A stretch of DNA of 55,398 bases, the filler included, from Catajapyx aquilonaris (taxonomy: Eukaryota), in the NCBI GenBank assembly GCA_000934665.2. It is 2 parts of 2 records of this genome, joined end to end, with 100 filler letters (N's around TTAATTAATTAA, not from the genome) between each part and the next. Parts side by side here need not be neighbours in the genome. Positions count along the whole stretch, not along the records: positions 27,738 to 55,398 come from KZ539271.1; 1 more part is not named here. One strand, 5' to 3'. The first letter of the stretch is position 1. Every line of letters begins with the position of its first letter. The position numbers and the translations under genes were made by a program. Below, piece after piece: positions 28,260-39,341 of the stretch. The notes under the pieces are model-generated. The model was not told where the DNA came from and ran no database searches. It saw only the letters and a list, made by a program, of their open reading frames with translations.

Positions 28260-28880
28260 TACGTAATAAATGGGAATTCGGGGAGAATCAGAATAACTTA
28301 CTTCCTTGTCACAGTGAATGTTATGTGTCCTCCTCCTGCATCTAAACACAATTATTGGGAAAGTCTATCATTTATCTGCACCTAGCGAAGTGGCGCAGTT
28401 GGGAAGGCGTGGTGGGCTCCAAACATGTTGGCTACGGGTCGCAAACAATCGGTTTCCGGGAGAGCACAACAAAGGGCATCTTGTAACCCCTGCTGCGTGA
28501 ACCGATCTGACGAGTGCTAGTTCCACAGTATTAATGAAGGAGGTGGGCAATATGAAGGCCATGATGGTTGCTGCAATTTGTTAACCCAAAGAACGACACT
28601 TCGTCAAGCAACCGTGAAGGCATTCGAATTTGGCTGGCAGACTGATCAAGGCACCCGATTGTTTGCGATGCAACGTTGCCAACCGTCAGGAGGCCCCCCC
28701 ACCCGCCCAACTCCGACCGCGTTGTTAAGGTGCGGATAAACAATAGTTTATCCAATTATTGTACCTGTATTGTACTACCTGCCATATTATACCATGGGAG
28801 TCTGGTGATACTTGATGATGATGATGACTGGTGATATGATCTGTGCCCTCAGAATGGGTTTCTCTTAATGCATGTTACTG

Positions 28881-29219
28881 GGGAGATGAAGTGGGGCCGC
28901 GGTAACGCGCGCGCCCACGGATATGAAGGTCCCGGGTTCAATCCCCACCCTTATCCGTGCAGAGTTGGGCCATCTTTGGCTTCATTTCGGGTGGAAATTT
29001 CCTAAAGACTAATCCACCCGGGGGAGTTCACAAAATGACCACTCAACGACAGCGCACATGCACTTTGCACATCCCACCTACCCTTGGAGTAAACTAGTAA
29101 GATCCATCTTAATACACTCCAAAAATCCAGATGATGGTAATCCTCCCCCCCTCCCCAAAGGAGTAAGTAGCTCCCCAAGTAGGGTAATGGAAAAAAAAAG
29201 AAAAAAGAAGAAGAAAAAA
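28881..29219 (+). mobile_element. tRNA-derived SINE, family 2 with alternative 3' tail
   Basis: Head/core homologous to 9372 copy; A-rich tail; TSD catgttactg (28871-28880 / 29220-29229). Confidence 0.88.
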
Positions 29220-29255
29220 CATGTTACTGAATATATCACACCTATTTTGAACCAG

Positions 29256-29647
29256 TTCTGGAGTGCATCTGTGGCAGAGGAAGTATACATCCATCTCGCC
29301 TGTTTTATCCCGACCCTGAAGAGAGCCCTGTGAGCTGCATGTGCCTCATCCATTGCACAAAACCAGATGGTGATGTAGAAGGTTTCATGCTCTTCGCAGG
29401 AAACACTAGTGGTCAAGTGACGCTTTTTGCATCAGACAAGTACAAAGCCAAGCGGAGGCCCAAAACCACTGTCTTAGGTCCAGTGGTGGGCCTCAGCATT
29501 GACCCCTCTGCTCTAGGGAGGGGTGATGCTGTAGAGGAAAATACTCCTTTCCTTATGGCTGCACACTCAATTGATGCTGTGGCTGTGTGGAAGGTCCAAT
29601 GGAGCATGAGGAGTACTTGCGCAGTCATTATTGATATCATGTATCAG
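29256..29647 (+). CDS. WD40-repeat protein (WDR87/WDR97-like), first identifiable exon
   Basis: Acceptor ttttgaaccag (phase 1), open frame LECICG...FMLFAGNTSGQVTLF...AAHSIDAVAVWKVQW...IMYQ, donor CAG|GTGAGA. WD-like beta strands. Confidence 0.75.
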
Positions 29648-29858
29648 GTGAGAGTTCCATCAGCACAAACTACTCTTGTGTCTCTTATTGAGGAAGGCAT
29701 GTTACACGGCTGAATTAGTTTACATGTTATGGATTACATGGCTTTTATTATGACATCTTATAGCTGTATACAAGCCTTAGACACACAAATTCACTCAAAA
29801 ATCACACAGATACATGTACGATTCAGTGGTCCCAGCTGCTGCAAAGTATTGATTCAAT

Positions 29859-29870
29859 AATAATAATAAC

Positions 29871-29901
<31 letters not shown>

Positions 29902-30194
29902 TTCATGCCCCGTTATCAACCAGCGGCTCTTTAGGGGGGGGGGGNGGGTGTTCATCCCAATTTTGTTTTGACTGGAACTCTTTGCTTTCATTTTTACTTT
30001 GCTTTTTGGGATAGGATAGGGACAGAAGGAAGTGGCTGTGGCCTAATTATTTAGGAAGCAATCCCGAAATTCTCCTGGGGGGATCGTGGGAAACCACAGA
30101 AAACCACTGTTAGGATTGCCGGCCCCGGGACTCAAACCCAGGGCCTCCCAATTAGCAGTCGAACACCTTATCCACTCCACCAAACTGCTTTGGT
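29859..30194 (-). mobile_element. tRNA-derived SINE, family 1
   Basis: A/B boxes on minus strand, (ATT)n tail, TSD caaagtattgattcaat (29842-29858 / 30195-30211); homologous to 39495 and 50285 copies. Confidence 0.92.
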
Positions 30195-30308
30195 CAAAGT
30201 ATTGATTCAATTGTTTGCAGTATCTGTAGGCAGAATTTGACACCAATGCTTTATTTCTTTGGCACTGCGCACTTTAACTGAGGGCTACTCTCATATTTGC
30301 TACTACAG

Positions 30309-30705
30309 GTGAAGACAACTGAGCCAATTACATGTACGATGGTGGCAGAAAACTTGTTGTGGGTTGGCACCTACAACTATGACCAGAATTCATCTCTGCA
30401 AATGTCGTCATTATGGATGTACCTGGTTCCCATCACTTGGGCCAGAGACACTGTTAAGATAGTGAGAAAAGCATTTGCAGCAACAACATTGAATATGGAG
30501 ACAACAGAGCTGGAAGAAAGTGAGCAAGAGGAGGATTCATCAGATGATGATTTGATAGTGTCAAGAGTGCGGCAGATAGTAGTGGAGGAGCAAGAGATTC
30601 CATTTCTTAGGGGGCCTCTAGAGGGGGCAGGAACAAACTACATACGTGGAGGAAGGGTTATTTACATTGGATATGTACCTCTCCTCAAAATGACTGTATC
30701 TGTGA
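30309..30705 (+). CDS. WD40-repeat protein exon 2
   Basis: Acceptor tactacag phase 0; PITCTMVAENLLWVGT, acidic tract, ends GRVIYIGYVPLLKMTVSV; donor A|GTAAGT phase 1. Confidence 0.8.
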
Positions 30706-30772
30706 GTAAGTATCAGGAGTAAAGCTAATGGAATAAGTCCCTATCCTTGTCAGTAGATACAAGATTTATTAT

Positions 30773-31120
30773 ACAGGGTGTTGCAAGTGATGCAATCTTT
30801 CTTTTGGATCAGGATTCCTTGAGATACTCTGAGATGATATTACGTACTCGCTCTAGTTTATTTTGTTGCCTTTGACTCCATAATAGAGATACTCACACTT
30901 GAAATCCTGTTGAGTGCAATGCACAAAATGGTCCCCAACATCATCCTTGCTCTTTCCTTCCTGCCCAAGCATTCAAGCCACTGCAGTACAGGCCTGTAGT
31001 GATGTCATGGGATGGCAAATGTAGTAATCTCCATCGTGAATCCCAAATTGACAAAGTCAACATAAGTATTTTTCATCTTAAACTATCTCAAGGATCCTAG
31101 ATCCAAGAGGAAGTGCACCA
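30773..31120. mobile_element. Degenerate Tc1/mariner-type MITE
   Basis: Starts TA-CAGGGTG; imperfect inverted arms ttggatcaggattccttgagata / tatctcaaggatcctagatccaa; right terminus eroded. Confidence 0.5.
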
Positions 31121-31145
31121 GCCCAAAATGGATAAATAGATCATA

Positions 31146-31721
31146 CCGTATTACGTCTCATATTGTGGCATGCCGGTGTAGGCGAGGTCGACCAGTTTTT
31201 GAAATGCTTGATCTGGTGGCTATACCGGCATGCCTGTCTAAGCGAGGTATGCCGGTCTAAGGCGAGGTTTTCACATAAGTTACATGATCCTTTCTGAACT
31301 TGACATTTGCCTGAAAATCGAAATTCACGTACAGGCTATCGAAAAGGCACATTTTCCAAATAGGGTACCCGTACCATATATTGTTTTCAATCGTAGCTGA
31401 TCGTAGTGTTTGGCAATAATCTCAGTATGTTAGAGCAGGGGGTTCCCCTGTCAAAGCAGGCTGATGATGGGATTGGTCATACACTCTACATTTTTTAAAT
31501 GCACTGTGCAACAGAACTGACATATTCTCACAGCCTGTACACTCGCCCATGTGTACCATTATTTTAGTATCGTACCAGAAGCATTCAAAAAAATTTGGCA
31601 AGGATCAAAATTCTGGAAATCTACCGCGGTTATTGCCGCATGCCTGCCACCCCCGGGTTATACCGGCATGCTGGTTGACCTCGTTTTATACCGGCGTGCC
31701 GCAATATGAGCGGTAATACGG
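31146..31721. mobile_element. Tc2/pogo-type MITE
   Basis: TIRs CCGTATTAC...CATATTG / CAATATG...GTAATACGG, TA TSD, subterminal ataccggcatgc repeats. Confidence 0.85.
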
Positions 31722-31726
31722 TATCA

Positions 31727-31782
31727 TTTTTATTTTTAGTGTTTATTATTTATTATATTATTGTTGTTGTTGTTGTTGTTGC

Positions 31783-31861
<79 letters not shown>

Positions 31862-32015
31862 TGTAATACCCCTTGCCACCCCTTTAATGGGTACTCGGGG
31901 AGGCCATGTTAGAAGCACCTAGGGCTACAGGCAGGGGGACTGTGAGGGGATGTGCAAGGTGCTGTGCATCGACTAGTAAGGTCATTTTGTGAGCTCCCCT
32001 GGGTGGCTTAGTCTG
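31727..32015 (-). mobile_element. 5'-truncated SINE family 2 with expanded (AAT)n(AAC)n tail
   Basis: Core cagactaagccacccaggggagctcacaaaatgacc matches family 2; TSD aatagatcatatca (right copy 32016-32029; left copy split by the MITE). Confidence 0.82.
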
Positions 32016-33209
32016 AATAGATCATATCAGATGTGGCAAAAGTTGAGATATGCTTTTTTTGTGACCAACCCTTTAATTATGTGTATTGTAGTATTTATTA
32101 AGCATAATCCAACTGCAAGCCCTTAGTACTCACAAAGGTCAAATAATTGGGTGCATCATTGCAGCATCAGCAGCAGCACAAGTCTCATCCTTCCTTTGCT
32201 TTTCATTTATTCACCGTTGGCCTCAGTATTGAAGCGTGCTTAAGTAAGCAGGCAAATTTAAAAACTCTCTGGTTCATTCATCAGCTAGTCTCAATACATA
32301 CTAATCGTTATATCTTCTGACGAGCTACCTTCTGCTGTGGTGTCAGCTTTTGTGATACCTTCGGGCACAGGTAATCCATGCCAGGATGATGTGAACCATA
32401 TATGCTGAGACTAGCCCCTCACATGGCTACTAACACTGTGAACAATGATTTGTGTCATGAAGTCATTGCCACACCAACGCTTAGTAGGCCTACTTAATTT
32501 ACCAGACACCAATATTATTATATTATATAAGTGTAACAGGAATAAGCTCATAGAAACTGAGTATAGACTGCATGGTTGTCCTTGATTGAAGCTAAACCTG
32601 CCTAGAGCAGAATCTTGTCTGCCATGGAAAATTTTTGCCATCCTGGCAGTGAGTTAGGATTTTCCCTGTATTTTTGTCAGATATAGCAGAGCCTGTGTAA
32701 TGCCGCAACAAGAAGTGTTTTTAGGTTTCTGAGTTTGTATGGCAGTGGGTATTGCATTAAAGGCTTGTTACAAAACCAAACTGGGAGAGGTGCATAATAA
32801 TTGGTCATGAGCAGGAAATGGGAAGAAAAATTGACCTGCCAGGCTAATTAGCATGTCCTACAAAGTAATGATGTTCGAAAAATACACGGACTCAAGGATA
32901 CCAATTTGGAGGCACGCATTATTATTTAAATTACCGTACTTATATAGTGGGGAATTATCCAATGCAGCAGAAACTTTTCTGTCATGGACATTTTTGTGTG
33001 TAATGCAGTGATTCTGTGCTATGCAGGTGTCACTGTGTAATGTTTATGATAACAAACCTTTCTACATGAATAGATAAAATATCGTGTTTGACCTTTTTTT
33101 TTGCAATTTGTTCCCTGTGCAATTGTTGTCGTTCTCATGGATTTGTTGCTGCTGCCCTTTTATGTGCTATTCTTCAGTGTTTCATATTATTATATGCATT
33201 TCTTTTTAG

Positions 33210-33471
33210 CCAGCCATGGAGTTCTTCACATGTGGAACTACAAGGCTGTCCTCGAACACCAACTCATCTTTGGTGAAGGTGTCGGAGCAGTATGCAGGGG
33301 CATTGACGAAAACAATTTATTGGTCTCTTATCGTAACAATATCATGTCTTTGATGATGGATGTTATCAAGAGAGATACACCAAAAGGACTGTTGCCTACA
33401 CACAGGAAGCCATTGCACTGGATCAGCAAACTGGACCTTGAATTTCTTCTCATGGGACCTATCAGATATGA
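33210..33471 (+). CDS. WD40-repeat protein exon 3
   Basis: Acceptor tttctttttag phase 1; junction completes WD repeat MTVSVTSHGVLHMWNY, followed by LEHQLIFGEGVGAVCRGIDENNLLVSYRNNI; donor GA|GTTAGT phase 2. Confidence 0.8.
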
Positions 33472-33581
33472 GTTAGTCTTTTTTTTTTGTAAAATATCTA
33501 TTGTTCAAGGAAGGCTTCCTCCCTTCCCACCCACTGAAAATGGATTTTTTAAAACTTTTACCTTTGTATTCTGAAATATAG

Positions 33582-34188
33582 TTCAACTCTGGAAGGCATC
33601 CCCTCCTTCCCAATTGCGCAGAGTCAGCAGGACCCTCATGATAGCTGGCGGCAGTTGAGCAAATTCCCCTTGGATGACCTGTTCTTGTACAATGAGTTTT
33701 ATGTTCCGCGGGACTACATCAAAAGAGCACACCAATTATCCCTGCAGCGTGAACGCCAGAATGCACGATTAATGGGCCTGCGTGATCCAGGTGACTTCAC
33801 AAATCATGTAACTGACAGTGTTAGGGCATCGCTGCTGCCTGTGATGAGGTGTCTGGCCAGTTCTGAGCATACACTCTTGAGGCAAAACTTAATGCAAGCA
33901 GCAAGAGATGCTGTGGAGCAGGCTGTGGACAAAGATGCTATCATCAGGCAAGTCACTCGAGGGATCAAGTACGCATACATTCCACAATCCGTAGCCGAGA
34001 AGATGGAGAGGGAGAGGGAGGCAAAGGAGCACCGCTTAGTCAGATCTGCTCTGAGAGTCAAGCAGCTTTCTGAGGGGAGGTTCCGGCCTACAGTGGAGGA
34101 AGCTGAGGAGCTTTTCAATTTGGCTCGACTGGGGAGGGTGCGAAAAGAACCACCACGCTTGTATGAGAAACTCTTCACCTACTTTAAG
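33582..34188 (+). CDS. WD40-repeat protein exon 4
   Basis: Acceptor aaatatag phase 2 (GA|T=Asp); in frame with the 180-aa ORF 33655-34197; ends at AAG|GCAAGC (putative GC donor, phase 0). Confidence 0.8.
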
Positions 34189-34620
34189 GCAAGCTAGCTA
34201 TAGTGACAGTGAAAATAATTAGGATTTTTAAAGCGAATTCATGGGCTAAACTAATACTGTATTCCCATATTTACCATTAACTCCTGATGCTTGCAAGGAA
34301 GTGCTCAAGCATTTGTTTGTCAGTTATCAGAGATAGTCTACCAAATTATGTAGATTATGGTGTCATACCATGATTGTGACAACAAAGCTACAGTTCACAT
34401 GTATCCACATTCAGTATTAACTGTTTCAGATCAGTTAGCTCCCTGTGAAATGTTGATGGGTTTATTCTTCTTCCCCTACCCCCCACCCCCATTTTCTCTC
34501 TTTCACAGTCTATCTCTCGACAGTCTCCTTTCTGGCCATTGCGTTTGTGATGTTGGCATGCCACACAACAGCTCTACCTTCCCATGGATGACTCACCGAT
34601 TCACTTTGCTTTACTTTCAG

Positions 34621-34915
34621 ATTCTGTGGGATGTCCTGAGTGATACAGCTACAGTTTCCTTCTGGGGGAAGGCCGTGGGTGGTATATCAGTACCAATGAC
34701 AAATGCTCTGAAGAGCATATGGAAGGAACTGAAAGATGCTCGCGAAGAAAGCAAGTGGATGCGACCGCTACCTGAATACTGGGAGGAGTATGGTATGGAA
34801 TTGACAGAAGAGGAGTTTCAGAAAAAGATAAACAACCAATTTCACATTCAGCTGCCATCCTCCATAATGACCTTGACCTACCTTAGAAGGATATCTGCAC
34901 CTTCACCAGAAGAGG
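34621..34915 (+). CDS. WD40-repeat protein exon 5
   Basis: Acceptor tttgctttactttcag phase 0; ILWDVLSD...SPEE; donor G|GTTTGT phase 1. Confidence 0.78.
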
Positions 34916-35623
34916 GTTTGTTATTATTCAACTTTTTAAACAGGCAGGTGGAAAAACACAGGTTCAAGTGTGTGGATACTGGACATTGGTCAATGTTTAA
35001 AAAATGCATATGTCTGTAGAGAGATCATTTATTGGAACCTAATGCTTTTACCCATTTGATAATAATATGATTAGGTACCGGTACTCGTCAAATTATTACT
35101 GGCTGTTGGAATTACACTGATACCTGTTAGTCATTTTACTTATTAATATTTGGTTTAGGAATGACCTCTTCCTTAATCACTTATCATTTCCTGTGCAGGG
35201 ACTTCCCTTAGTAATGGAATCCTCACAATAATTATCATCTAACTGTTGTATTTTACAGCTTGTCATTACTTCTACAGACACAACACTACTTTTCCAAGTG
35301 TCCTTTTTGCCCTGTAAATTTTCATTAGAAATGTTAACCTTGTACTTAAACTAGGGAGGCATGGTAGTCTAGTGGTTACGCCACTGACTAGCCAAGCGGG
35401 AGGCCGGGATTCAAATCCCGTCCCCGTCACCTCTGCTTGGCCGGGTCTTTTTCCGCTTTTCACCCGACATGCCGGGGCAGCATTGCACTCCCTTAGCTGC
35501 CCGGGGCCAGAGAAAAGGTCTGGTGATCTGAGAGAGTCGTGAGTGACTATAAACTGTGGATGCCCCCCCTTGGGAACCTTCCCCCTCCCCCCTAAACGAG
35601 CCGAATGGCTCGAGCACGGGGTA

Positions 35624-36589
35624 CAGTGTCGGCTTGGACCCTTAAGGGCCCCGCGGGAAATAGGTATCTGGGGCCCCCTCACAATATTTAACAAACACCC
35701 ACACCGGGGGGGGGGGGGGGGGGGGGGGGGGNNNNNNNNNNNNNNNNNNNNNNNNNNNNNNNNNNNNNNNNNNNNNNNNNNNNNNNNNNNNNNNNNNNNN
35801 NNNNNNNNNNNNNNNNNNNNNNNNNNNNNNNNNNNNNNNNNGGGGGGGGGGCGCAGGGCCCGCCGCAGGCGAAATTTTTTGGTTCAAGGTCACAACCCTG
35901 CCTGGCGACCCCAAATTTGGGGCAAAACGGAAAAGAACCCATAGAACAGTGCAATATTACGGCCAAGGCCAAATATGCTTCATTTTGACATTGATAACAT
36001 ACGAATTTACAATACGGGACATTTGGGCGTCCCGACAGGAGCTTCCGGGACAACGGGACATTGAGTTTAAATACGGAACTGTCCCGTACAATACGGGACG
36101 TCTGGTCAGGCTAAATGCACAATACTGTTTTTCCCTCTTTATTTTCCGTATAGGTAGGGCTTTTTGTTGGAGGAATGCAGCTGGATAAGGTGTTCCCCAA
36201 CTTACAGAGAGTCAATATTGCATGAAAATGTGAAAATGAAATAGTTTCGTAGGATATCTTGCCCGAAAGTAGATGAAAGATATGCTTTCAAAGCACTCAA
36301 AGCAGTGGGGGGTGAGGGCTCCTTGCCTTGGGTAAGGTGCACCCTGTCGCTAGAGCAAGAACTTCCAGAGTGGACAAAGAGAGATCGCTACGGTTGTAAG
36401 CGAAATATTATTGAGAATGACACATTTTTTCCTGCTTTACATTATTATATTTCAATTTAGACGTATTTCCTTTTAAAAACGCCAGAGGCACTAGGTCATT
36501 GGGTGAAAGGGGCCGGGGCCCCGGGGCCCCGGGACGCCTGGGGGCCCGGCGGGAAACGACCACGTCCCGCCCGGGCCAAGCCGACGCTG
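35624..36589. mobile_element. Non-autonomous hAT element
   Basis: TIRs CAGTGTCGGCTTGG / CCAAGCCGACGCTG, perfect 8-bp TSD acggggta, GGGCCCC subterminal repeats; spans a gap. Confidence 0.88.
36010..36113 (-). mobile_element. hAT-Blackjack-like terminal fragment
   Basis: Reverse complement begins TAGCCTGACCAGACGTCCCG (Blackjack-type TAGGGTGACCAGACGTCCCG terminus) with repeated CGGGAC motifs. Confidence 0.6.
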
Positions 36590-36672
36590 ACGGGGTATCA
36601 ATTTAAAAAATATATATATATAATTTAAAAAATAACCTTGTACTTAAACTAACTAGTACATTTATGATGCAG

Positions 36673-36797
36673 GTGAAGAGCAAAGCACTATACAAGGTGT
36701 GCCAACTCCTTCAAAACTGTGGCCTTCGACCTATCGGAAGTCACATACCTTAGACACCATGTCCAAAATGGCAAAGAAGAAGGTGAAGTTGGCTGAG
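36673..36797 (+). CDS. WD40-repeat protein exon 6
   Basis: Acceptor gatgcag phase 1; GEEQSTIQGVPTPSKLWPSTYRKSHTLDTMSKMAKKKVKLAE; donor GAG|GTAAGA. Confidence 0.75.
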
Positions 36798-37202
36798 GTA
36801 AGAAATTCAGCCTATCTTTGACTTATACATTCCAAGTCAAGCAAAACCTTTTAAGCAGACTGGAAGTTTGTCAACAAACTGTTCAACATTCAGAGCACAC
36901 GAGTATTTGTATTGGTGAAAATTTATGTCACATGGCCTGTGTGTAAAACGTGTGGTGAGAATGGTGACTGCTTGTATGACTGCATGTGATACCTGAATTA
37001 CACTGTATAGGGTTACCAATTTACGAGTGTAAATAAGGAATTAATACAGCAGGTTCATCTATCCAGCTCTGAAATGATTTTTGAGGCAGTACAAATAAAT
37101 GCATGCTGCAGTCTCTTCTCCAAAGATTGCCTCTCCAATAGTAACTTTAGCCAACATTCACAGTATACAAGCTAATAAATTACTATCATCTTTGCTTTAT
37201 AG

Positions 37203-37408
37203 GCTCCCAAGATTGAATTAGGACAAGAACTATTGCAGCAAATGGCAGATATTCAAAAGCAGGAAGAAGAAAGGAGAAGCAAGCAAGAATTAAGCCAATC
37301 ACGAAAAGTCATTATCAAGATGAAGCAGTTTCACGCTGAAATCATGAATTCTGAAGATGTTTCTAGTATTACACATGCATTCAAAGAATTGAACCAGCTC
37401 CTCTCCAC
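37203..37408 (+). CDS. WD40-repeat protein exon 7
   Basis: Acceptor tttgctttatag phase 0; APKIELGQELLQQMADIQKQEEERRSKQELSQ... (coiled-coil-like); donor AC|GTGAGT phase 2. Confidence 0.8.
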
Positions 37409-37634
37409 GTGAGTATACTTGGGAACAAAAATTACTGCACATCCACATCGATAGTTTTGTATATGTTCCTGAATCAAGTTGTACCCCTGTGTAAGATAAG
37501 AAAAAGTACAATGAGTGGAAAATAATTGTATTTTATGCCCCCCATTTTTTTCCACCAGGGAAACAACTTGATTCAGCAGCAAAAATTTGCCAATATTAAT
37601 CTGGGCTCATTTTGATACTATCCAGTACAGTATA

Positions 37635-38653
37635 CAGTAAAACTTCTCTAAGTCGAACTTCCCTAAGTCGAAATTCTCTATAAGGCGAAGAAAATGATGA
37701 GCTGGGTGGGTCACAATGTGAAATAATAGGAAATAACTGAAGCAGTAGTGGTGGAGTGGATAGGTTGTCCGACTGCTAATCGGGAGGTCCTGGGTTCGAG
37801 TCCTGGAGGTCGGCTTGGTTTTCTGTGGTTTTCCAAGGTCTCCCCAGGAAAATTCCGGGATCGTACCGTAAAATAGGCCACAGCCACTTCCTTCCTTTCC
37901 CTGCCCTGCAGGAGGTATGGTGTCGGTGGTGAGTTTCTGGCCCGCGCCTAGGGGAGTGTCTCAGGCTTGGCCCCCTGAGGGACTGCACACGACCCCCACC
38001 ACAAGAATGCACTGCACCACTGTACCTCCCTCTTATCCCTTCTCTGTCCCCCGCACCAGAGAGAAAGAAAAACATGCTGAAGTAATTTCGCATAGAAAAC
38101 GGAGGCGATCTCCCCCCACATTGACCACTAGTTCTCAAGGGGGTACCATAATTAATTATTAATTAATTAATAAAATAAAATAATAGGAAATAAACTTCCC
38201 TAACTCGAATTTCTATAACTCGACGTTCTCCATAACTCGAAATGCAGGAGGCCCTTAGGATGGGATATAAATGCATTTTCAGTCTCCCTAAGTCGAAGTT
38301 CATGTTGGTGAGTACGGAAAATCTTCTCATTTCCCAGCCGAAGGGTCGAGAGTAGGCCACATGTACAGAAAGGCTCTTTCCTGATATCCGTCTTAAGGGT
38401 GAGAGCTGATCTAAGAGTAGACAAATGCCCATAATGGAGTTTTTTTACAACAAAACAATGAGGAACATTGTAGTGGGATAGTGACAGTAATTTTTAAGTT
38501 TTGAACACCTTTCGTCTTTGGATATAAAAAAAGGTAGGCTTCCTTATAGAGTTATATGCTTGAAAAATTCCAAACTTTTCTAACTCGAATCTTCGAATAA
38601 CTCTGAAGTTTTCTTCTGGTCCCATGGAGATTCGACGTATAGAAGTTTTACTG
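37635..38653. mobile_element. Tigger/pogo-type non-autonomous element containing a SINE
   Basis: TIRs CAGTAAAACTTCT / AGAAGTTTTACTG, TA TSDs, internal taagtcgaa/taactcgaa repeats. Confidence 0.85.
37737..38177 (+). mobile_element. tRNA-derived SINE, family-1 head/core with different 3' half
   Basis: A box TGGTGGAGTGG, gactgctaatc loop, B box GGTTCGAGTCC; TSD aaataataggaaataa (37721-37736 / 38178-38193). Confidence 0.88.
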
Positions 38654-38996
38654 TACGTGGCATTGGTGTTTCTGATAGGTTTGTATTGCTCTGAGGTTGT
38701 CTGTACAATCATCAGCCTTGACTATTATGTATTTTCTCGGGTTGATGCAATTGCATCAGTCGCCTGGAAAAGATTTCAACATCTCTTCTGTAGTGACTAG
38801 TATTATTTTGTCAAATGACTCCTGTTTCTTCATGTGGCCTATCACTCTGAGTATGATGTGTGTGTGAGTACACATGTTACTAATATAAGCTATGTAGAAA
38901 GGGTTCTGTGTGATAGCAGAATGAGATTAATTTTAAATCACGATGGCATGCAAAAAGACTTCAACAGAGCCAAAAACAATCTTTCCTCTTCTCAAG

Positions 38997-39195
38997 GGAT
39001 GTGGACATCATAAAGTTTCGATGTAAAAACATGGTACAAGAAATTAAGGAGAAGATTATAGCAGGCGAGTGGCTCCAGGATATTGAAGTGAATGAGGAGT
39101 ACATTTTACTGGCAAAGGCAGTGATTGATGTTGCCACTACCCTAAAGGTCAAAGACACTTCTCTTGTCAAGGCAATTTCTACGTGTGCAAAAGAT
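38997..39195 (+). CDS. WD40-repeat protein exon 8
   Basis: Acceptor ctttcctcttctcaag phase 2; DVDIIKFRCK...CAKD; donor GAT|GTAAGT. Confidence 0.8.
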
Positions 39196-39341
39196 GTAAG
39201 TTACTGTTATTTATTTAATTGTTTCTTCCATTTTTGAGGGTCAGGGAGATATGGAAAAATGGCAACCTTAAAAATCTGATAGTGTGTTAATTAGTGTGTG
39301 CATGACATACAAGATGCAAGCTAAGTTATTAACCTAACCTA

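Larger units (their letters stand above)
35354..36632 (+). mobile_element. tRNA-derived SINE, family 3, interrupted by a hAT element
   Basis: A box TAGTCTAGTGG, B box GGATTCAAATCC; TSD taaccttgtacttaaacta (35335-35353 / 36633-36651). Confidence 0.88.

Noticed and set aside
31706..31918. Poly-Ile/poly-Asn ORFs (also 50181-50438)
   Set aside because: Translations of (ATT)n SINE-tail microsatellites.
37740..37812. tRNA-like sequence with GCT anticodon loop (and similar heads elsewhere)
   Set aside because: Head of a SINE with body, tail and TSD; no proper acceptor stem, so not a tRNA gene.
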